Program-made: the position numbers and the translations under genes
Shown: piece after piece, positions 28,813 through 36,480 of the stretch
Layout: each line of letters opens with the position of its first letter
How positions within the stretch are numbered: the first letter of the stretch is position 1
Assembly: GCA_965279375.1 (NCBI GenBank)
Contig: OZ257156.1
Coordinates: 4,512,001 to 4,576,000 of the forward strand
Direction: 5' to 3'
DNA from: Gemmatimonas sp.
Lineage (GTDB): Bacteria > Gemmatimonadota > Gemmatimonadetes > Gemmatimonadales > Gemmatimonadaceae
DNA: 64,000 nt
The notes under the pieces: generated by a model
What the model was told of the DNA's origin: nothing
The model's database searches: none
The model's input: only the letters and a program-made list of their open reading frames with translations

Positions 28813-29543
28813 GCGCGCACACTCGCGGCGGACGCCGCCTTCTTGGGCGCGTACTGCTTACGAATCTGGTACTGGTGGTAGAAGATCAGCCCCAGCCCCA
28901 CCGTGAGCGGAATCGCCCACGTCGCCGGATTGAGCGCATGCTCAGGCATCAGCCGCACGAGCCCGAACGTCATGAACGCGGTGTACACCGAAATGCCCGC
29001 GCCGACCAGCGCCTTCACATGCTCCAGCAGAAACGCGTGCTTGGGCGGCGCATTGGAGTAGGTGAAGACAAGGTTGGTGATACCCGACGCAACACCGACA
29101 ATCGAGATGCCGATCATCAGCGGCTGCGAAATCATGAACCCGCGCACGGCGCAGTTCACGGCCGCGATGATCACCAGGATCTGCAGGAACACATCGAACT
29201 TCCCGCGATTCGCTTCGTGATTGCGCTTGTTCTCCACCACACCGCGCCCGTGCCACGCCAGGCTGATCGTGAGGATGGCGAGGTAGACCATCATCCACCC
29301 AAAGATGCCCGTCACCATTGTGACGTCCGGCAGCTTGGGATGCGTACCGATGGGATCGAGGATCGTAGCCGTGCCCATGCCGATCGCGAAGCATCCCGTC
29401 ACGAGCATGCTGTACACGAACACTCGGCCCCACTGTTTGTGCACCGGCCCTCCCTTGCGGGACAGCACCGCTACCCAGAACAGCACCAGGCCGACGGCAC
29501 CGGTGGCGATATGCGCCTTCACCAAGTACGGGAACGGCGACAT
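28809..29543 (-). CDS. Multi-pass membrane protein (DUF2306-like)
   Basis: HIATG...RKGGPVHKQWGRVF, EHVKAL, YTAF; several TM helices. Confidence 0.65.
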   Translation of the reverse strand: MSPFPYLVKAHIATGAVGLVLFWVAVLSRKGGPVHKQWGRVFVYSMLVTGCFAIGMGTATILDPIGTHPKLPDVTMVTGIFGWMMVYLAILTISLAWHGRGVVENKRNHEANRGKFDVFLQILVIIAAVNCAVRGFMISQPLMIGISIVGVASGITNLVFTYSNAPPKHAFLLEHVKALVGAGISVYTAFMTFGLVRLMPEHALNPATWAIPLTVGLGLIFYHQYQIRKQYAPKKAASAASVRA

Positions 29544-29685
29544 GCAGGAGTCTCGGTTGGAACGATCGGAAGGGACATGACGACGAACGGCCGGAATCTG
29601 TTTCGCGCTCACCGAATGAGCAATGCACGCGAATGTTCGCCGTTACACATGCAGAAATCGCGCGTGCGCGTGCGCCGCCGACTCG

Positions 29686-30006
29686 CTACGCCTGCTCAGC
29701 GACAGTCGCGGGGCGAAGCGCAAGATAGATGAGCAGCGGCGGACACCCGAAAATCAGCGTGGCCGGCCACCACGCCATCGATCGGCGCCGCTGCTTGAGA
29801 TCGCGTGCGAGCCACACCAGGACGCAGGCTGTGAAAACACCCATGTCGTTCCAGGCCATGAAGACCATGGGATCCTGCCGCAGCGTCATCCACGCGTGGG
29901 ACAGTCCGGCACTCACGGTCCCGTGCGTCTGCATCCAGAGGTAGAACGCGTACTGCTCGTACGCGAAGAAGAGCGCGGCAGTGAGAAACAGCAGCGGTCG
30001 GCGCAT
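29686..30006 (-). CDS. Small membrane protein (DUF2834-like)
   Basis: Three hydrophobic segments, WND, LLIYLALR. Confidence 0.5.
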   Translation of the reverse strand: MRRPLLFLTAALFFAYEQYAFYLWMQTHGTVSAGLSHAWMTLRQDPMVFMAWNDMGVFTACVLVWLARDLKQRRRSMAWWPATLIFGCPPLLIYLALRPATVAEQA

Positions 30007-30048
30007 GCAACGTGGGATGAGGGATTCGATCGAAGTGCACTTCGGAAG

Positions 30049-30636
30049 CTACCAGGCGAACCGCACGCCGCCGCCCCATCGGCCGTCTGGCATCGTGCGA
30101 ACCGTCGCGCGCACGCGGGCCGTCGGCAACGCGGCGGCGTCCCACCGCTCGCGACCGATCAGCGCGCCGAATCCTGCGCCATAGAGCGCACCCGTCACGG
30201 CGAACACCGCCGTGATCGCGACGCGTTCGGCGAAGTTCATTCCATCAGCCGAACGGCACCCTGACGGGTTGGTCGTCGGCGCTGCGTCCACGTAGCAGGT
30301 CTCCACCGTCTCGCCAATCAGAAGGCCGAACGGTGCGAACACCGCCGCGGTCCAGAGCGCGCCGGTACGCGCCCCGTAGCTCCGACTGCGCCCGCTGCTC
30401 AACTCCAGCGCAGTGATCTGCGATATGGCGATATCGAATGGCTGTCCCGACCGTCGCGCGATGCGCAGCGTGTCGCCATGTCGCTCGAGCACCGTCCCCG
30501 TCACCCGCGTGCCCAGCTCTGGTGAGCGGACGCGCACCTTTGCGCCAGCCACGACCTCCGCGAGCTGTGCGTCGGCACGACGCGGTGCGAGGCAGAATCC
30601 AAGAACGACTGCACCGATCAGCAACACTGCGCGCAT
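30049..30636 (-). CDS. Hypothetical exported protein (paralog of 34439-35083)
   Basis: Signal peptide; GAKVRV...GDTL...I..LE.S.GR then Gly-rich helices and ERW. Confidence 0.6.
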   Translation of the reverse strand: MRAVLLIGAVVLGFCLAPRRADAQLAEVVAGAKVRVRSPELGTRVTGTVLERHGDTLRIARRSGQPFDIAISQITALELSSGRSRSYGARTGALWTAAVFAPFGLLIGETVETCYVDAAPTTNPSGCRSADGMNFAERVAITAVFAVTGALYGAGFGALIGRERWDAAALPTARVRATVRTMPDGRWGGGVRFAW

Positions 30637-30787
30637 CACTCCCCCGGAAAGTGCACCCGTATGCACGCTGCGCGGCGCGCTCCCCAGCGTCAAGCACTCG
30701 CGGTCGATAGCTTTCCCTCGCGCGCACTGTCCGGTCGCGTCATCGGCCCCTGCGCCTCGCTGCACCGTCCCTTTACCACCGCCCGCC

Positions 30788-31576
30788 ATGCGAATCGTCG
30801 GAGGCAAGTTTGCCGGCCGTCACCTTACCTCGCCCAATGACTTCCGGGTCCGTCCCACCGGAGAGCAAGTGCGCGCGGCCATGGTTGGCATGCTGGGCGA
30901 AGATCTGAAGGACGCCCGGATTCTCGATCTGTTTGCCGGCACCGGTGCGCTCGGCCTCGAAGCCGTCTCGCGTGGCGCCAAGTACGTGGACTTCGTGGAG
31001 TTCCGTCCGTCGAGCCTCCACGCACTCAAGGCCAACATCGCCCTACTCGGCGTGCAGTCCAAGTGCCGCATCTTCAAGAAGGACGCGCTGCCCTTCGCGG
31101 CCGCCCTGCTCGCGGATCGATACGACATCGTCTTCGTCGATCCACCGTATCACTCGAAGATGCTCGATCGACTGCTGGACTCGTGGCGCGCGGTGCCCTT
31201 CGCACGCATTTTCGCCGTTGAACACGCGGCGTCGCATGTACTGCCGCTCGGCGGGCGTCTGCGGTTGTTCGACGAGACCGCCGTCACGATCTACCACCGC
31301 GACGAACTGCCGCTGACCGAGGCGCCAATCGTCGCCGCGATTGCCCCGACGCCTGCAGCGAAGAAAGCCGCGGGTGCGAAGACGCCGATGAAGAAGTCCG
31401 CGACGAAGCGTCCGGCTACAAAGCGTCCTGCGACGAAGCGTCCGGCGTCGAGTCGCTCAGCGACGGCGAAGGCTCCGGCAAAGAAGGCTCCCGCAAAGAA
31501 GTCGGCTTCCTCGCGCCCTTCCGCCGCGCCTTCTTCGCGGCCTTCTCGGCCGCGAGGCGCTCCAAAGCGGAAATAG
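30788..31576 (+). CDS. rsmD: 16S rRNA m2G966 methyltransferase with Lys/Ala/Pro-rich C-terminal tail
   Basis: MRIVGGKFAGR, VRPT, LDLFAGTGALGLEAVSRGA, VFVDPPY. Confidence 0.88.
   Translation: MRIVGGKFAGRHLTSPNDFRVRPTGEQVRAAMVGMLGEDLKDARILDLFAGTGALGLEAVSRGAKYVDFVEFRPSSLHALKANIALLGVQSKCRIFKKDALPFAAALLADRYDIVFVDPPYHSKMLDRLLDSWRAVPFARIFAVEHAASHVLPLGGRLRLFDETAVTIYHRDELPLTEAPIVAAIAPTPAAKKAAGAKTPMKKSATKRPATKRPATKRPASSRSATAKAPAKKAPAKKSASSRPSAAPSSRPSRPRGAPKRK
31400..31444 (+). repeat. 3 x 15-bp tandem repeat encoding ATKRP
   Basis: GCGACGAAGCGTCCG / GCTACAAAGCGTCCT / GCGACGAAGCGTCCG. Confidence 0.85.
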
Positions 31577-32285
31577 CCGCCTCACGCTCGGCGATCACGC
31601 GCTCGCGCTCCACCCACGCGGCGCGCTCACGATCCTCGACTTCACGCGTGCGCCGCAGACTCTCGGCCTCTCGCCACGCCGCCACCTTCGCGTGGTCGCC
31701 GCCAATCAGCACTTCGGGCACGCGATAACCGCGATACTCCGCCGGCCGCGAGTAGCTGGGCGCACTGATGCCGCGATCGTAGAACGAATCGGTGCGTGCG
31801 CTCTCGAGATCGCTCATCGCGCCGGGCAACAGCCGCACCGTCGCATCGATGATCGCCAGCGCCGCCGGCTCTCCGCCGCTGAGCACGAAATCGCCGAGTG
31901 AGAGCTCTTCGGTGGCGAGATGCTGTGCGACGCGTTCGTCAACGTCCTTGTAGTGCCCGCAGAGCAGCGTGAGCTCGGTGCCTTCGGAAAATCGAACCGC
32001 GTCGGCGTGCGCGAACTTTCGGCCGCGCGGTGAAAGGAGCACGATCGGCGACGTCGCGCCGATGGACTCCACCGCTTCGAAGAACGGCGCCGGCTTCATC
32101 ACCATTCCGGGGCCGCCGCCGAACGGGTAGTCATCCACCGTGCGATGGCGATCGTGCGTGAAGGTGCGCAGATCCACCACGTTGTACGACACGCCGCCCA
32201 CACCCGCTGCGCGGGCAGGGATGCTCAAGCCGAGTGGCCCCGCGAAGAAGTCGGGGAAGATGGTGACGACGTTGATGCGCAGCAT
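31416..32285 (-). CDS. trmD: tRNA (guanine37-N1)-methyltransferase
   Basis: INVVTIFP, VDDYPFGGGPGMVMK, LSPRG, SLGDFVLSGGE; follows rpsP-rimM. Confidence 0.95.
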   Translation of the reverse strand: MLRINVVTIFPDFFAGPLGLSIPARAAGVGGVSYNVVDLRTFTHDRHRTVDDYPFGGGPGMVMKPAPFFEAVESIGATSPIVLLSPRGRKFAHADAVRFSEGTELTLLCGHYKDVDERVAQHLATEELSLGDFVLSGGEPAALAIIDATVRLLPGAMSDLESARTDSFYDRGISAPSYSRPAEYRGYRVPEVLIGGDHAKVAAWREAESLRRTREVEDRERAAWVERERVIAEREAAISALERLAAEKAAKKARRKGARKPTSLREPSLPEPSPSLSDSTPDASSQDAL

Positions 32286-32317
32286 GGAGGAAGGCTGGAG
32301 AGCCGGAGCGCGTCGCG

Positions 32318-32839
32318 CTACTCCAGCAGCCCTTCGAGCGGCTTGAGCACGATGGTGCGATTGGCCTCGTCCACGCGCGAGACGATCTCGGGGCGCCACG
32401 GTACCAGCGGCTTGCCCGTTGCGGTCTCCACTTCGATCAAGAGTCCCTGCGGCGCGTCGTACACATCGCGCACGTGCCCAACGAGCCCCTGCCCTTCCAC
32501 TTCCACGCGCATGCCCATCAGCGCGTAGATGTAGACCTGATCCTCATTCGGCTGCGGCAGCTTGGATTCGTCCACCAGCAGATAGCGACCGCGCCACACG
32601 TCAGCGACATCGCGATCGGAGATTTCGCGCAGCTTGACCAACCACTCGCGATTCATCGGACGACCGTCTTCGATGTGCAGCTCGCCTTCGGGCGCCGCTT
32701 TCCCTTGACGGTCCCCCGCAATAACGACAGCGCCGGACGCGAAGATCGCATCCGGCGCGTCTACCAACGCTTCGACGGCGAGAGCGCCGCGCACACCGTG
32801 CGCGCGACGCACCAATCCGACGACGACCAGCTCGCCCAG
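32318..32839 (-). CDS. rimM: Ribosome maturation factor RimM (probable CTG start)
   Basis: LVVVGLVRRAHGVRG, YIYALMGMRV, LVPW; position between rpsP and trmD; GGAG 7 nt before CTG. Confidence 0.88.
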   Translation of the reverse strand: MGELVVVGLVRRAHGVRGALAVEALVDAPDAIFASGAVVIAGDRQGKAAPEGELHIEDGRPMNREWLVKLREISDRDVADVWRGRYLLVDESKLPQPNEDQVYIYALMGMRVEVEGQGLVGHVRDVYDAPQGLLIEVETATGKPLVPWRPEIVSRVDEANRTIVLKPLEGLLE

Positions 32840-32840
32840 C

Positions 32841-33242
32841 TTAGGACTCCGCGCGATCGGCGTCTTCCACGAGCATGGCGACCGGACCCGGCGGCGGCGT
32901 CAGCTCATCCAGCTTGACCGCGGCGGCCGGCGTACCCGGAGCAGCGACCTTCTTGAACGACACGCCCTTGGCCTCGAGACGCGCCTCGTGGCGCTCCCTG
33001 AGCACACCAGCGCGACGCAGCAGCGAGCGCACGGTGTCCGTCGGCTGCGCGCCGACGTTCAGCCAGTAGGACACGCGGTCGAGCTGCAGGTTGATGGCGT
33101 TCTCGCCACCAAAACGCGGCTGGTACTGACCAATGATCTCGATGAAACGCCCGTCACGGGGGCTCTGCGAGTCAGCAACGACGATACGGTACATCGGGGT
33201 CTTCTTCCGGCCTTCGCGGCGGAGACGAATCTTGACTGCCAT
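32841..33242 (-). CDS. rpsP: 30S ribosomal protein S16 with C-terminal extension
   Basis: [48 protein letters not shown]. Confidence 0.97.
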   Translation of the reverse strand: MAVKIRLRREGRKKTPMYRIVVADSQSPRDGRFIEIIGQYQPRFGGENAINLQLDRVSYWLNVGAQPTDTVRSLLRRAGVLRERHEARLEAKGVSFKKVAAPGTPAAAVKLDELTPPPGPVAMLVEDADRAES

Positions 33243-33470
33243 CTGGGCATCCCATGACGGAGTGATGCAACATCCTCGAGCTCCTCGCGACACCGGCGAT
33301 TCCGGCACGCACTCGAGTCACCGCTTCGGCCAACCCCAAGGGCTCAGCAACTGGCGCGGCAAAACCATAGCCTTCAAACGTAGTCGAGCCCCGCTGCTCG
33401 GCGCTACTGGGCCAGCCTCTGGCTCCCAGGCTCGCTTGCGTCCGCGCATACCGGGGTGAGTATTGGCCCC

Positions 33471-34301
33471 ATGACCGGCTTTCGAGTGCTCTTCGGGTTG
33501 ATCCTGCTGGCCCTCGCGCCCCGCGTCGCCCCCGCGCAGGCCGCCATCTCGCGCCTGGTCATCGCCGGCACGATCGAAGACTCGGTGGGCACCCCGGTCT
33601 CCGACGTGCGCATTGCCGTCATCGGCACCGACGTACAGGCGGTCAGCGACGCCAAAGGGCGCTTCCGCCTCCCCGAACTGCGCGCCGGATCGTACGTGCT
33701 CCGCATGCGCCGCCTGGGTTACGAGCCCTTCCTCGTTCCCATCGACCTGCCGCTCGCAGACGACTCCCCGCTCTCCATCGAGCTGCGCGAGGCCCCGACC
33801 GATCTCGCGCCGGTCACCGTCAAGGCGGACGGCATCTCCGAACGTCTCGCGGCCACCGGCTTTGCCAATCGCCGCGAGACCTCGGGCGCGCCCCCGTCCC
33901 AGTTCGTCACGCGCGCGGATTTCGAGCGCGTCGGGCCAGTTGACCTGTCGCAGATGCTGCGCCGCATGACCGGGCGCGCCAACAAGTGCTCCGACGGGAT
34001 CATCTTCGTGGACGGCGTGCTGATGACCCGGCCGATCCAGGACGCTCTGCCCTCCGCCTCGGCGGCCACGACCTCCCTGCTCAACAGCCCCAATGCCGCC
34101 ACCGCCGGCACCGCAGCCCGTCGAGCGATTCAGGAGATCGCCAAGACCGGTGTGGCCACGCCCAAGCCGGTAGCGCTGGACCTGATCCCGCAGAACTGGA
34201 TCGAGGGGATGGAGGTGTACGCCAGTCCCGCGCAGATCCCCAACGAATACCGCGCGGCGTTCCGCGAAGCGAAGTGCGTGATCCTGCTCTGGACGCGCTG
34301 A
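33471..34301 (+). CDS. Exported protein: carboxypeptidase-regulatory-like domain plus TonB plug-like domain, no barrel
   Basis: GTIEDSVGTPV...SDAKGRF...RRLGYEP; IEGMEVY...CVILLWTR. Confidence 0.65.
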   Translation: MTGFRVLFGLILLALAPRVAPAQAAISRLVIAGTIEDSVGTPVSDVRIAVIGTDVQAVSDAKGRFRLPELRAGSYVLRMRRLGYEPFLVPIDLPLADDSPLSIELREAPTDLAPVTVKADGISERLAATGFANRRETSGAPPSQFVTRADFERVGPVDLSQMLRRMTGRANKCSDGIIFVDGVLMTRPIQDALPSASAATTSLLNSPNAATAGTAARRAIQEIAKTGVATPKPVALDLIPQNWIEGMEVYASPAQIPNEYRAAFREAKCVILLWTR

Positions 34302-34438
34302 TCGCAATCGTGCTGGAGCGTACGGGCTTCCCTGACCCGAGTTCAAGCAGGCCGTAGCAGACTCCAGTTGGGTCGAGTCTCGCATGGTGGCGTCTCGACG
34401 AGACGCAAAGCGTCGCGACCCGCTGCTCTCCGAGGCCC

Positions 34439-35083
34439 ATGAGAGAACATTCCGCGGGACAATTCTCGACGAGTCGGTCGCTCCGCCGCGCGGTCTGGGC
34501 TGGCCTGTCGATCGCATCCGTCTGCGGACTCGAGGTCGCGGTCGCGCAACGCGCGCCTGCCGCAACGTCAGACGCGCTGGAGGGAAAACGGGTGCGACTT
34601 ACGCTCTCCCAGACCTCCTCCACCGTGGCGCGCGCGGCGCGGCGCATCGGCAAGGTGCGCGAAGCGCGCGGCGACTCCCTCTCGGTGGTCTGGCTCGACG
34701 GCGGCGCAGCCACACTGCCCATGGCGGACATCGCACGACTCGACGTGAGTCGCGGCAGACGGCGATTCGTACTTCGCGGCCTGATCATTGGCGCGTTCGC
34801 AGGAGCTGGCGCCGGCGCGATCGTTGGCGCCCTCTCCTATTCCGAACCGGCATGCGTCGCCCCGTGCGTCGTCGACGACGAGTGGTTCGGGCGCGACTTC
34901 AATACCGTACTCGGAGCGTACTTCGGTGGGCTCGGCGGGCTACTCGCCGGAGGAGCCGTCGGCACCTTCGGTCGACGCGAGTCATGGGAGCGAGTCCCGC
35001 TCCCGTCAATCACGAGCCACCTGCGCGCCGGCGCGACCGTGGATCGTCGCGGGCCGCAGCTGCGCGTGGAGCTGTCTCGCTAG
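34439..35083 (+). CDS. Hypothetical exported protein (paralog of 30049-30636)
   Basis: GKRVRL...GDSL...IARLDVSRGR then Gly-rich helices and ESW. Confidence 0.6.
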   Translation: MREHSAGQFSTSRSLRRAVWAGLSIASVCGLEVAVAQRAPAATSDALEGKRVRLTLSQTSSTVARAARRIGKVREARGDSLSVVWLDGGAATLPMADIARLDVSRGRRRFVLRGLIIGAFAGAGAGAIVGALSYSEPACVAPCVVDDEWFGRDFNTVLGAYFGGLGGLLAGGAVGTFGRRESWERVPLPSITSHLRAGATVDRRGPQLRVELSR

Positions 35084-35087
35084 CGCG

Positions 35088-36452
35088 TTAGCGCATCCCG
35101 CCGAACATGCCACCACCGCCAAACGGCAGGCGTGGCATGCCACCGCCGCCCTTTCCGCCGGGCCCACCGCTCATCTTCTTCATCATCTTCTGCATCTCGC
35201 GGAACTGCTCGAGCAGCTTGTTCACTTCGCTGACGGGACGACCGCATCCCTTGGCAATACGCGCACGACGCGAGCCGTTGAGAATCTCCGGCTTCTTGCG
35301 CTCCTGCGGCGTCATCGAAAGCACGATCGCTTCCACGTGCTTGAGACGCTTGGGATCCATCTTCACGTCCTTGAGCATCTTGCTGTTCACGCCCGGCAAC
35401 AGCTTCAGCAGATTCTCGAACGGTCCAAGCTTCTGCATCTGACGCATCGCCGACAGGAAGTCCTCGAGGTCCATGCCTTCCTTGCGGACCTTCTTCTCCA
35501 GCTTCTTCGCTTCGACGGCATCGAAGGATTCCTGCGCCTTCTCCACGAGCGACACGATGTCGCCCATCTGGAGAATGCGACCGGCCATGCGCTCCGGGTG
35601 GAACTCCTCGAGCGCATCGACCTTCTCGCCCACACCGATGTACTTGATCGGCTTCTTGAGCACGCCGTAGATCGAGAGCGCCGCACCGCCGCGCGCATCG
35701 CCGTCGAGCTTGGTGAGAATGACGCCGGTCACGTTCAGCGCTTCGTCGAAGCCCTGCGCGATCTTCACCGCTTCCTGACCGGTCATGCCGTCAGCAACGA
35801 ACAGGATTTCGTCGGGCTTGATCGCTGCCTTGAGCCGCTTGAGCTCGTCCATCATGTCCGCGTCGATCTGCAAACGACCGGCGGTGTCGATGATGACGAC
35901 GCGATCACGAGCGCGCATGCCCTGATCGATGCCGGCCTTGGCGATCTTCACCACGTCCTTCGTGGTGCGATCGGCGTAGACCGGCACGTTGAGCTGCGTA
36001 CCCAGCGTTTCGAGCTGATCGATGGCGGCGGGGCGATAGACGTCAGCGGCAACCAGTCGCGTCGTCTTCCCCTCGGCGACGAGCTTGCGCGCCAGCTTGG
36101 CGGCGGTGGTCGTCTTACCCGAACCCTGCAGACCGACCATCATCACGATCGTCGGCGGAACCGTGCTGATCTTGAGCCCTTCACGACGCTCACCGAGCAT
36201 CGCGGTGAGTTCATCGTGAACGATCTTCACCAGCTGCTGTGCTGGCTGAATCGTCTTGATCTGCAGGACGCCGACGGCCTTCTTCTCGACGCGCTCGAGG
36301 AATTCGCGCGTCAGCGAAAAATTGACGTCCGCTTCAAGCAGGACCCGGCGCACTTCGCGCAGGCCTTCCTTGATGTCGGCGTCCGTGAGTACGCCACGCC
36401 CGCGAAGCTTCGCGAAGACGTTGCCGAGTTTGTCTGAGAGCTCATCGAACAT
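35088..36452 (-). CDS. ffh: Signal recognition particle protein
   Basis: GLQGSGKTTT, DVYRPAA, DTAGR, TKLDGDARGG, Met-rich M domain. Confidence 0.97.
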   Translation of the reverse strand: MFDELSDKLGNVFAKLRGRGVLTDADIKEGLREVRRVLLEADVNFSLTREFLERVEKKAVGVLQIKTIQPAQQLVKIVHDELTAMLGERREGLKISTVPPTIVMMVGLQGSGKTTTAAKLARKLVAEGKTTRLVAADVYRPAAIDQLETLGTQLNVPVYADRTTKDVVKIAKAGIDQGMRARDRVVIIDTAGRLQIDADMMDELKRLKAAIKPDEILFVADGMTGQEAVKIAQGFDEALNVTGVILTKLDGDARGGAALSIYGVLKKPIKYIGVGEKVDALEEFHPERMAGRILQMGDIVSLVEKAQESFDAVEAKKLEKKVRKEGMDLEDFLSAMRQMQKLGPFENLLKLLPGVNSKMLKDVKMDPKRLKHVEAIVLSMTPQERKKPEILNGSRRARIAKGCGRPVSEVNKLLEQFREMQKMMKKMSGGPGGKGGGGMPRLPFGGGGMFGGMR

Positions 36453-36480
36453 AGTAGGAAAACGCTAACGGGCCGGGACG

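Noticed and set aside
33243..33470. Possible SRP RNA or other ncRNA near ffh/rpsP
   Set aside because: No SRP domain IV motif recognisable on either strand; only weak hairpins
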